DNA of 64,000 nt from an uncultured Anaerolineales bacterium (GTDB taxonomy: Bacteria; Chloroflexota; Anaerolineae; B4-G1): the NCBI GenBank assembly GCA_964385635.1, contig CAYLPU010000011.1, positions 133-64,132 of the forward strand, given 5' to 3'. The notes beneath the pieces were generated by a model that had not been told where the DNA came from, did no database searches, and saw only the letters and a list, made by a program, of their open reading frames with translations. Position 1 is the stretch's first letter, and each line of letters starts with the position of its first letter. A program made the position numbers and the translations under genes. Of this stretch, positions 54,028-62,467 are shown piece after piece.

Positions 54028-56832
54028 TTGTCCACTCCAACCGAATCCAAAACCCGAAAAGATCTCATTGATCCCGCCTTGGAAAAAGCAGGATGGGGGA
54101 AGGTCGGCGAATCTGACCTGATTGGCATCGAAATCCCCGTGGACGGGTTCGATCCCCGGGCGTGGGAGGTACTTGAGGCCAGGCTGAGGCGCTTGGGCGA
54201 GGCTGGTCTTTCCTACGACGTCGATCTGCCCGAAGGCGTCAGCGATTACGTCCTCTACCGTCCCAACGGCGAGATCATCGCCGTGGTAGAGGCCAAACGC
54301 ACCAGCGTTGATCCCCGGCTGGCCCAGGCCCAGGCTGAGTTCTACGTCACCGAACTCGAGAAGCAGCAGAGTTTCCGCCCCTTCGCCTTCATGACCAACG
54401 GGTACGACATCTACTTCTGGGACGTGGGCCGGGCCAACAAACGATTGGTGTACGGTTTCTTTTCCCCCGCCGATCTGGCCAATCTGCTCTACAGCCGGCA
54501 GAACCAGACACCCCTGACCGAGGCCCCGATCGACACCGCCATCACCGATCGCGTGTATCAGCAAGAGAGCATCCGCCGGGTGTGTGAGGCCTTTGAGCAG
54601 GGTAAGCGCAAGGTCTTGCTGGTGATGGCTACCGGCACCGGCAAGACCCGCGTAGCGATGTCGCTGGTAGACATCTTCCTGCGCACCAACCAGGCGCGGC
54701 GGATTCTGTTCGTCGCCGACCGGGATGCGCTGGTAAAACAAGCCGAGACGGAGGGATTTCACGATCATATCCCGGATGAACCCTGCACCCGCATCTACAC
54801 CCACAGAATTGATAAGACGAACCGTCTCTACGTCGTCACGCTGCAGACGCTGAGCAAGTGCTTCGAACAGTTTACGCCCGGCTTCTTTGACCTGATCATC
54901 TTCGACGAAGTCCATCGCTCCATTTTCAACAAGTGGAACGAGGTGCTCCACTACTTCGACGGTCGTATGATTGGGCTGACCGCCACTCCTGCTGACTTCA
55001 TTGACCGCAACACCTTTCTCGAGTTCGAGTGCCACGACGAGACGCCGACCTTCCTGTATGAGTACGACGACGCGATCAGAGACGGCTACCTGGTTGACTA
55101 CAGCCTATACGCGGCGCGGACGAGGTTCCAGCGCCAGGGCATCCGGGGCGTTGACCTGAGCGAGGAGGAGCGTTACGCCCTGATTGAGCAGGGACTGGAT
55201 CCCGATAACATTGACTTCTCCGGCACCGATCTGGAGAAGAACGTCAGCAACCGCGACACGCTGCGCAAGCAGTGGGAAGAGATCTGGGAAGTCTGTCACA
55301 AAGACAAATCGGGGCAACTTCCTGGCAAGACGATCGTCTTTGCCATGACCCAGAAGCACGCCCTGCGCCTGGCGGATGTGTTCGAGGAGATGTATCCCCA
55401 ATATCCCGGCCTGGTGCAGGTGATCACCTGTAAGTCTGAGTATAAAGGCACGCTGATCAAGAAGTTCAAGAAGAAGAGTCTGCCCCGTTTCGCCATCTCT
55501 GTAGACATGCTGGAGACCGGGGTGAATGTGCCGGAGGTGGTCAACCTGGTCTTTATGCGGCCAATCCATTCCCGGATCAAACTAGAGCAGATGATCGGCC
55601 GGGGCACCCGCAGCCACGCGACCTGCAAACACCCAGAATGGTTACCCGATGGTCACAAGAAGGAGTTCCAGATCATTGACTTTTGGGAGAACGACTTCAG
55701 TAAACGTCCGCAGGAGCAAGTGGCCCAGAGCCTGCCGGTGCTGGTGACCATCTTCAACACCCGCCTCAAGTTGTTGGAACTATACCTGGCAGATCAGCAA
55801 TCGGACGATGCCCGGTGGGTGATCGCCGACTTGCGCGCCCAGATCGCGCTTATCCCCATCGATTCCTTCTCGGTCAAGCGGGTCTACCCCGAGATCAAGC
55901 GGGCCTGGCAGGACTCGTTCTGGCGCTACCTCACCCCGGACAGGCTAACGTTTCTCAGGCTGAAGGTAGGGCCGTTGCTGCGGTATGCACCGGGCGTGGA
56001 CGTGCAAGCGGCCACGTTTACCAGCAAGGTGGAGCGGCTGAAGCTCCAAATCCTGACTGGCCGAGACCCCTCCGCCACAGCCCAATCCATCGCCGAGGAC
56101 GTCAGCCGGTTGCCGGAGTTCGTCTACGAAGATTCGCAGCGCGAGCGGGCCGCCAGGCTGTGCCTCACGCCCCAGTTGCAAACGGCCACCGTGGCTCAAC
56201 TGAACCAGGTGATTGAAACACTGGCCGACCAGATGAAGAACCGGCGAGCCAAGCCCAACACCTTCCTGGAGCTCGACCTGCCCGACTTCGTCGAAATGCG
56301 CGGCTACATCTTGCTATACGGCGGCAGCCAGCCGGTGTACGTCGAGGAGTACCGCCAGCGCGTCGAGCAGCGAATTCTCGACCTGGCCGCCGACCATCCC
56401 ACCGTCGAGGCCATTGATCGCGGCGAACCGGTCACGGACCTGCAATTGATCGAACTGGAACGCACCTTGCGGCAGGAGTTGGGCGGCGGCGACGTGGAAC
56501 TATCGGAACCCAACATTCGGAAAGCGTACGGGCTCAAGGTGGGCAGCCTGCTGGAGTTTCTGCGTCGCCTGCTGGAAATCGAGGGCATCCCCGATTATGG
56601 TGACATCGTGCGCCGCCAGTTCGAAGGATACATCGCCGGGCATCCCTTCAACGGGGATCAGATCCGCTTCCTGCGAGTGGTGCAGAACGTCTTCTTGCAA
56701 AGACGCCGCCTGGAATTGGCCGATCTGTACGGACCACCGCTGACCCGCTTCGGCCAGGATGCGGTCGAGCGGTTGTTCACTACGGAAGAAGTGAGTCAAG
56801 TGCTGGAATTCGTTGACTCACTGACTGTGTAG
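54028..56832 (+). CDS. hsdR: Type I restriction enzyme R subunit (EcoEI-type C-terminal domain)
   Basis: TTG start. N-terminal nuclease region DYVLYRPNGEIIAVVEAKR. Helicase motifs MATGTGKT and FDEVHRS. A long helical C-terminus. Confidence 0.9.
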   Translation: MSTPTESKTRKDLIDPALEKAGWGKVGESDLIGIEIPVDGFDPRAWEVLEARLRRLGEAGLSYDVDLPEGVSDYVLYRPNGEIIAVVEAKRTSVDPRLAQAQAEFYVTELEKQQSFRPFAFMTNGYDIYFWDVGRANKRLVYGFFSPADLANLLYSRQNQTPLTEAPIDTAITDRVYQQESIRRVCEAFEQGKRKVLLVMATGTGKTRVAMSLVDIFLRTNQARRILFVADRDALVKQAETEGFHDHIPDEPCTRIYTHRIDKTNRLYVVTLQTLSKCFEQFTPGFFDLIIFDEVHRSIFNKWNEVLHYFDGRMIGLTATPADFIDRNTFLEFECHDETPTFLYEYDDAIRDGYLVDYSLYAARTRFQRQGIRGVDLSEEERYALIEQGLDPDNIDFSGTDLEKNVSNRDTLRKQWEEIWEVCHKDKSGQLPGKTIVFAMTQKHALRLADVFEEMYPQYPGLVQVITCKSEYKGTLIKKFKKKSLPRFAISVDMLETGVNVPEVVNLVFMRPIHSRIKLEQMIGRGTRSHATCKHPEWLPDGHKKEFQIIDFWENDFSKRPQEQVAQSLPVLVTIFNTRLKLLELYLADQQSDDARWVIADLRAQIALIPIDSFSVKRVYPEIKRAWQDSFWRYLTPDRLTFLRLKVGPLLRYAPGVDVQAATFTSKVERLKLQILTGRDPSATAQSIAEDVSRLPEFVYEDSQRERAARLCLTPQLQTATVAQLNQVIETLADQMKNRRAKPNTFLELDLPDFVEMRGYILLYGGSQPVYVEEYRQRVEQRILDLAADHPTVEAIDRGEPVTDLQLIELERTLRQELGGGDVELSEPNIRKAYGLKVGSLLEFLRRLLEIEGIPDYGDIVRRQFEGYIAGHPFNGDQIRFLRVVQNVFLQRRRLELADLYGPPLTRFGQDAVERLFTTEEVSQVLEFVDSLTV

Positions 56833-56855
56833 CAGACCTGCCAGGTCCGAGTAAA

Positions 56856-56919
56856 TTGCCCTTCTTTGGATATTGTGGTACAATGTGATAAAGCGTTGTT
56901 TTTGTGATCTTTTCACAAA
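56856..56919 (+). promoter_or_regulatory. Internal promoter (-35 TTGCCC, extended -10 TGgTACAAT) plus 7-5-7 palindrome TTTGTGA-N5-TCACAAA upstream of the ATPase gene
   Basis: TTGCCC at 56856-56861, 17 nt, then TGGTACAAT at 56876-56884. The palindrome arms are at 56901-56907 and 56913-56919, between the promoter and the RBS AAGGAGAAGG. Confidence 0.4.
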
Positions 56920-56948
56920 TAGACACAATTATAATCAAGGAGAAGGCC

Positions 56949-58262
56949 ATGTTGGTCGAATTCAGCGTCGGAAATTATCGCTCGTTTCATGCCCCGGTCA
57001 CGCTGAGCATGCAAGCGGCAAAACTCCGCTCCAGCGACAAGCGCCTGGACGAGCACAACGTTTTCCAGGCTGATCGTCTCAGCCTATTGCGCAGCGCGGC
57101 GATTTATGGCGCAAACGCCAGCGGCAAGAGCAATCTGATCCAGGCGATGGCGTTTATGCGCCGTTTCGTCCGGCAATCTTCCCGGGAATCCCAGGCCGGA
57201 GAGCCAACCGGCGTGGAACGCTTTCGTTTGAGCACGGCTACTCGAGACAAGCCATCCTGTTTCCAGATTATCTTCCGTCTGGATGACCGACGCTACCGCT
57301 ATGGTTTCGAGATAGACGAGGAACAGGTACGCGCTGAGTGGCTGTACCACACAGGACAGCGCGAAACTCGCCTGTTCATCCGCGAGGGAGCGCAGTACGA
57401 TATTTCGAGTGTGTTCAAGCCAGGACGCGGGCTGACGGAACGCACTCGTAATAACGCCCTGTTCCTTTCTGTTGCCGCTCAGTTCAACGTCCGGCTGGCG
57501 GTGACCCTTCTTGAATGGTTCAGGCAGGGTTTCAACATCATCTCTGGCTTGGATGATACTGCCTATGTTGGGTTCACGTTGAGACGTTTTGATACGGATG
57601 AATCCTTCCGGCAGCGCGTGCTTGCCTTCGTGCGCGAGGCGGACCTGGGGATTGCGGATATTCACGTTGAGAGACTGCCCCTTGCAGAAGCCCCGATTCC
57701 CGAAGAGGTACAATATCTATTGGCGCAGGTGGCGAGAGAACAGGGGAGGAGCGGGGAAGAGCTTTTAGTGAGTCGGCCAAAAACCACGCACCAGGTTTTC
57801 AACTCGGAACAGAGCGTAGCAGGTTGGGAGACGTTCGATATGGAAAAACAAGAATCGCAGGGGACGCAGAAAATCTTTAACCTGTCCGGCCCACTGCTGG
57901 ATACCCTGGAAGGGGGCAAATTGCTGGTCATTGACGAGATGGAAGCGCGGCTGCATCCCTTCATCACCCGCGCCGTGATTCAGTTGTTCAATTCGCCGCA
58001 GACGAACCCGCGCAACGCCCAGCTTGTCTTTGCCACCCACGATACCAGTTTGCTCAGTCACCGCTTTTTCCGCCGTGATCAAATCTGGTTCACCGAAAAA
58101 GACCAATATGGCGCGACTGACATGTATTCGCTGGCCGAGTTGCAGGTGCGCAATGACGCCTCGTTCGACAAGGACTATATCGCCGGCAAGTACGGGGCTA
58201 TTCCGTTCATCGGCGGATTACACAGCCTGTTCGAGGAGCATCCTGATGGCCAGAAAGCCTAA
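56949..58262 (+). CDS. AAA/ABC-type ATPase (AAA_15/AAA_21-like), partner of RloB
   Basis: MLVEFSVGNYRSF...IYGANASGKSN (Walker A)...LLVIDEMEARLHP (Walker B)...ATHDT. Confidence 0.85.
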   Translation: MLVEFSVGNYRSFHAPVTLSMQAAKLRSSDKRLDEHNVFQADRLSLLRSAAIYGANASGKSNLIQAMAFMRRFVRQSSRESQAGEPTGVERFRLSTATRDKPSCFQIIFRLDDRRYRYGFEIDEEQVRAEWLYHTGQRETRLFIREGAQYDISSVFKPGRGLTERTRNNALFLSVAAQFNVRLAVTLLEWFRQGFNIISGLDDTAYVGFTLRRFDTDESFRQRVLAFVREADLGIADIHVERLPLAEAPIPEEVQYLLAQVAREQGRSGEELLVSRPKTTHQVFNSEQSVAGWETFDMEKQESQGTQKIFNLSGPLLDTLEGGKLLVIDEMEARLHPFITRAVIQLFNSPQTNPRNAQLVFATHDTSLLSHRFFRRDQIWFTEKDQYGATDMYSLAELQVRNDASFDKDYIAGKYGAIPFIGGLHSLFEEHPDGQKA

Positions 58263-58881
58263 ACCGAGCGGGCGTGAATACTTGCCGGACAAGGGCCGGC
58301 CATTGGGACGCCGCCAGGTCAATGTGCGCCCCCCGCGGCCTCGGTTCCTGATCGTGTGTGAGGGGAGCAAAACCGAGCCGAACTACTTTCGGCGCTTTCG
58401 CATCAACATCGACGTGGTGGACCTGAATGTGATCGGATTGGGAGACCACACGTTGAGCCTGGTGCAACGCACCTGCGAGTTGATGCGGCAGGGCGACTAT
58501 GCACAGGTCTGGTGCGTCTTTGACCGCGACAGCTTCCCCGCCGAGCGGTTCAACGAAGCCCTCAACCAGGCCCGGCTGCATGGCATCCGAACCGCCTATT
58601 CCAACGAAGCCTTTGAACTCTGGTATCTGCTCCACTTTGATTACCACGACACCGCCCAATCGCGCACGCGCTACCAACAGATGCTTACCCAACGACTGGG
58701 AAAGCCATATCGGAAAAACGCTCCCGATATGTACAACCTGCTCAAAGAACGGCAAACGGATGCCACTCGCAACGCCCTGCGGCTGCTTGATTCCTACGGC
58801 CCCAACCACAACCCGGAGCGTGACAATCCCTGCACGACCGTGCATCAATTGGTGGAAGAACTGAATCGCTGCGTTCGCTGA
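58246..58881 (+). CDS. RloB-like protein
   Basis: ATG 58246 overlaps the ATPase gene by 17 nt. FLIVCEGSKTEPNYF...VWCVFDRD...YSNEAFELWYLLHF. The track ORF 58024..58881 is over-extended. Confidence 0.85.
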   Translation: MARKPKPSGREYLPDKGRPLGRRQVNVRPPRPRFLIVCEGSKTEPNYFRRFRINIDVVDLNVIGLGDHTLSLVQRTCELMRQGDYAQVWCVFDRDSFPAERFNEALNQARLHGIRTAYSNEAFELWYLLHFDYHDTAQSRTRYQQMLTQRLGKPYRKNAPDMYNLLKERQTDATRNALRLLDSYGPNHNPERDNPCTTVHQLVEELNRCVR

Positions 58882-58904
58882 ATCTCTCGTTGTCATAGTG
58901 AGGT

Positions 58905-60614
58905 GTGATGCTCACCGACCCCAAACTTCGCTCTCAAGTAGACCAACTGTGGGATAAACTCTGGACAGGCGGCCTCTCGAACCCACTCGACGCCATCGAG
59001 CAACTGTCGTACCTGTTCTTTCTCAAACGGCTGGACGACGTCGAGAACCGGAACGAACGCCAGGCCCAGCGGCGCGGTCAGCTCTATCTACCCCGCATCC
59101 CGATGGAGAAACGCTGGGGACATTGGACGAACTTCGAGGCGGGCAAGGCGCTCGCCCACGTGAAGGAGGTGGTTTTCCCCTGGTTCAAGGAAATGGGGGA
59201 GGGGGGCAGTTCCTTCGAGCGGTACATGAAAAACGCCGAGTTCAAGATCAACAAGCCCAGCCTGCTGATCGAAGCCTGCCAGATGATAAACCAGATGCAG
59301 ATCTCGGCCCAGAACCAGGATGTGCAGGGCGACTTGTACGAGTACCTGTTGAGCAAACTGAACACCGCCGGGCGCAGTGGCCAGTTCCGCACGCCGCGCC
59401 ACATCATCCGTTTGATGGTGCAGATGATCGCACCCCGGCCAGGCGAGCGGGTCGGCGACCTGGCGGCGGGCACCTGCGGCTTCCTGGTAAACGCTTACCA
59501 GTATATCCTGGAGCAGCACACGTCTCCCGACATCCTGGAATACGACGAGCAGGGCTGGCCCCACAACCTGGTCGGTGACCTGCTGACAGACGAGCAGCGG
59601 GTCTTCCTGCAAGGGGAGGCCTTCCGTGGCTACGACAACGACTCCGGGATGACCATACTGCGCATCGGCTCAATGAACCTGATGTTGCATGGCATCGAGT
59701 ACCCTCGCTTTTTTTACATGGACACGCTCTCCAAGGATTTCACCGAGGCGCGCGACTACGACGTGATCCTGATGAACCCGCCCTTCAAGGGGGCGGTGGA
59801 CAAGGGTAGCGTCAGCGACACACTGCCGGGCAACACCCGCAAGTCGGAGTTACTCTTCGTGCACCTGATCCTGCGGGCGCTCGACATGGGCGGGCGCTGC
59901 GCGGTGATCGTGCCCGATGGGGTGCTCTTCGGCTCCAGCCGGGCACACGTCGAACTGCGCCGGAAACTGATCGAGGAGAACCGGCTGGACGGCGTCGTCT
60001 CCATGCCCGGCGGCGTGTTCAAGCCCTACGCGGGCGTCTCGACGGCGGTGCTGCTTTTCACCCGTGGCGCGACGACCGATCGCGTATGGTTCTACGACAT
60101 GGCCCACGACGGCTTTTCGCTGGACGACAAGCGGCAGCCCGTGCCAGAGAACGACATCCTCGATATTCTGGACTGCTGGCACAACCGGCACGACGCCGCC
60201 TTCCAGGCCGCACGCCAGACCCGGCTGGAGGAACTGCAAGCGCAAGTCGCCCCCCTGAAAGCCGAACGGTTGAGACTGCAAGGCGAGATCAACCGGCTGA
60301 CCTTCGAGAGCGCCATCGCCCCCGATTCTGCTCTTTCCCGTCATTCCGAGGAGCGAAGCGACGAGGAATCTCCCCGCGCCGCATCGGACGCCGCCAACGC
60401 CGAACTGGCCGACCTCGAAGCCCGGATCGCCCCCCTCCAGGCGCAGATGGACCAATTGACCCGCCAGTTCTGGGTCACCATTGGAGCAGGTCAAGGCCAA
60501 CAAGTACGACCTCTCCGCCAGCCGCTACCGGCAGGTGGAGCAGGACGAAGCCTATTACGAGAAGCCGCAGGTGACGATGGAGCGGTTGCTGGAGTTGGAG
60601 CGGGTGATGGGTGA
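58905..60614 (+). CDS. hsdM: Type I restriction-modification N6-adenine DNA methyltransferase subunit M (C-terminus frameshifted; native stop would be 60652-60654)
   Basis: HsdM_N-like N-terminus and LMNPPFKG. After about 60480 the conserved tail EQVKANKYDLSASRYRQVEQDEAYYEKPQVTMERLLELERVMGEEV... lies in the +1 frame. Confidence 0.85.
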   Translation: MMLTDPKLRSQVDQLWDKLWTGGLSNPLDAIEQLSYLFFLKRLDDVENRNERQAQRRGQLYLPRIPMEKRWGHWTNFEAGKALAHVKEVVFPWFKEMGEGGSSFERYMKNAEFKINKPSLLIEACQMINQMQISAQNQDVQGDLYEYLLSKLNTAGRSGQFRTPRHIIRLMVQMIAPRPGERVGDLAAGTCGFLVNAYQYILEQHTSPDILEYDEQGWPHNLVGDLLTDEQRVFLQGEAFRGYDNDSGMTILRIGSMNLMLHGIEYPRFFYMDTLSKDFTEARDYDVILMNPPFKGAVDKGSVSDTLPGNTRKSELLFVHLILRALDMGGRCAVIVPDGVLFGSSRAHVELRRKLIEENRLDGVVSMPGGVFKPYAGVSTAVLLFTRGATTDRVWFYDMAHDGFSLDDKRQPVPENDILDILDCWHNRHDAAFQAARQTRLEELQAQVAPLKAERLRLQGEINRLTFESAIAPDSALSRHSEERSDEESPRAASDAANAELADLEARIAPLQAQMDQLTRQFWVTIGAGQGQQVRPLRQPLPAGGAGRSLLREAAGDDGAVAGVGAGDG

Positions 60615-60663
60615 GGAAGTAAGAGATCTTCTTGGTTACCTTGAAGTAGAGTGAGACACTAAA

Positions 60664-61866
60664 ATGCCAGGCACTTCGCGAGGAAATTGGCGTTGGGCAA
60701 GACTGCGAGACGTTTGTGAGACAACGAGTGGCGGGACACCTTCTCGTAGCGTTGCCGCCTACTACAACGGCAGCATTCCTTGGGTGAAGTCTGGGGAACT
60801 GAACGATGGACCAATCTTCCAGACACAGGAGAGGATTACCGAAGCAGCGGTTGCCGACTCGAGCGCGAAGTCTTTCCCATCAGGTACTCTATTGATTGCA
60901 TTGTATGGTGCAACGGTTGGAAGGCTTGGGATTCTGAGAATAAATGCTGCCACAAACCAAGCTATATGCGCCATCTTTCCCAACGAAGATGTCGCCCGTG
61001 ATTTCTTGTTCTTCTACTTGCTGAGGCAACGTGACAATCTGATCGAGAGTAGGACCGGTGGTGCTCAACCAAACATCAGCCAATCTACAATCCGCAACCT
61101 ACCAATCCTCCTTCCCCCCCTCCCCGAACAAAAGCGCATCGCCGCCATCCTGGCCAAAGCGGATCGGTTGCGCCGCCTGCGCCGCACCGCCCGCGACTTC
61201 AGTGATACCTACCTGCAATCGGTGTTCGTTCACATTTTTGGTGATCCAAGTAGCAATCCAAAAGAGTGGGATGTTGTCCCGATCGAGAAAGTGCTCTCCA
61301 AGGATCGGGGTGGGACTCGGACCGGGCCTTTTGGCAGCTCGCTTAAGCGAAACGAGTATGTTGAGCAGGGAATACCTGTATGGGGCATTGACAACGTGAG
61401 GGAAAACGAGTTTGTCGAAGCGGGTTCACTGTTCATCACACCATCAAAGTACAGTGAGTTGCCAAGGTACACAGTAGAGGATGGTGACATTCTTATATCG
61501 CGGGCAGGCACGGTGGGACGGATGTGTGTAGCGCGTCCGGAGCAGTATCCATCTATCATTGGAACCAACTTAGTGCGGGTCACTCTAGATACTTCAGCAG
61601 TTCTTCCAGAGTACTTCACTGCGCTTTTCACATATTTCGCTGGCAGGGTTGGACGTCTGAGTAGTGGTGGTACTGCATACTCCTTCATAAACCCGAGGAC
61701 ACTCAAGTCCCTGGAAATACCGTTTCCCCCTCTTGCCCTCCAGCAGAAATTCGCCCACATCGTCCACAAATTCGAGCGCTTGCGCGCCCAGCAGCGCGAA
61801 GCCGAACGCCAGGCGGAGCATCTGTTCCAAACGCTGCTGCATAGGGCGTTTCGGGGGGAGTTGTGA
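60664..61866 (+). CDS. hsdS: Type I restriction-modification specificity subunit S
   Basis: Two target-recognition domains are separated by conserved helices LPPLPEQKRIAAILAKADRLRRLRR and FPPLALQQKFAHIVHKFERLRAQQREAERQAEHLFQTLLHRAF. Confidence 0.9.
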   Translation: MPGTSRGNWRWARLRDVCETTSGGTPSRSVAAYYNGSIPWVKSGELNDGPIFQTQERITEAAVADSSAKSFPSGTLLIALYGATVGRLGILRINAATNQAICAIFPNEDVARDFLFFYLLRQRDNLIESRTGGAQPNISQSTIRNLPILLPPLPEQKRIAAILAKADRLRRLRRTARDFSDTYLQSVFVHIFGDPSSNPKEWDVVPIEKVLSKDRGGTRTGPFGSSLKRNEYVEQGIPVWGIDNVRENEFVEAGSLFITPSKYSELPRYTVEDGDILISRAGTVGRMCVARPEQYPSIIGTNLVRVTLDTSAVLPEYFTALFTYFAGRVGRLSSGGTAYSFINPRTLKSLEIPFPPLALQQKFAHIVHKFERLRAQQREAERQAEHLFQTLLHRAFRGEL

Positions 61867-61868
61867 AT

Positions 61869-61941
61869 CACGAAACTCGCGAAAGAGCACGAAGGACGCG
61901 AAAGGTTTTCGTGCATTTCGCGCCCTTTCGCGATATTCGTG
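61869..61941. repeat. 73-bp imperfect nested palindrome (CACGAA / CGCGAAAG modules) after hsdS; terminator-like
   Basis: Pairings are CACGAA 61869-74 with TTCGTG 61936-41, CGCGAAAG 61878-85 with CTTTCGCG 61925-32, and GCACGAA 61887-93 with TTCGTGC 61908-14. Confidence 0.5.
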
Positions 61942-62005
61942 TTTCAGATTGCTTTCGACGAACGGAGTATCTTTGTAGACCTGTCAGATCTGCCAGGCCA
62001 GACCT

Positions 62006-62431
62006 ATGATTCACATTACACGCACGATCGCAATTGACGAGGAAGAAATTCAGATGGAGTTCGTCCGCGCCTCGGGGCCGGGAGGGCAGAATGTCAATAA
62101 GGTGGCCACGGCCGTGCATCTCCGCTTCGATGTGCGCAATTCTCCCTCCCTGCCCGATGACGTTCGCGAGCGTCTGGTACGTCTGGCCGGCAGGCGGATG
62201 ACCAAAGACGGCGTACTGATACTCAAGGCCCAGAGGTTCCGCACGCAGGAACGTAACCAGCAGGACGCGATTGACCGGCTGGTCGGCTTGATCCGCGAGG
62301 CGGCCGAAAAGCCCAGAGTCCGCCGGAAGACAAGGCCAACGCTTGCGTCGAAGAGGCGCCGGTTGGAGGCCAAGTCTCGCCGCAGCGAGAAGAAGCGTAT
62401 GCGACGGGCCACTCCATCTTCAGAAGACTAG
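62006..62431 (+). CDS. arfB: Alternative ribosome-rescue factor ArfB (peptidyl-tRNA hydrolase, GGQ)
   Basis: ASGPGGQNVNKVATAV and a basic C-terminal tail KRRRLEAKSRRSEKKRMRR. Confidence 0.9.
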   Translation: MIHITRTIAIDEEEIQMEFVRASGPGGQNVNKVATAVHLRFDVRNSPSLPDDVRERLVRLAGRRMTKDGVLILKAQRFRTQERNQQDAIDRLVGLIREAAEKPRVRRKTRPTLASKRRRLEAKSRRSEKKRMRRATPSSED

Positions 62432-62467
62432 GCACGCGTCTAGATAACCCAAAAAGGAGGAACAGTC

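Noticed and set aside
58024-58245. The N-terminal extension of the RloB ORF (the track start at 58024).
   Set aside because: The extension overlaps the ATPase gene in another frame and translates to non-protein-like sequence. The RloB family N-terminus (…FLIVCEGSKTEPNYF) is reached from ATG 58246.
60337-60372. The segment encoding SRHSEERSDEESP inside hsdM, whose DNA (gtcattccgaggagcgaagcgacgaggaatc) resembles a widespread short repeat that yields SFRGAKRRGI-type peptides in other frames.
   Set aside because: Within this window it occurs once. The hairpin is weak: a 5-bp ATTCC/GGAAT stem plus a CGAGGA direct repeat. I cannot verify genome-wide copy number, so there is not enough evidence to call an inserted element.
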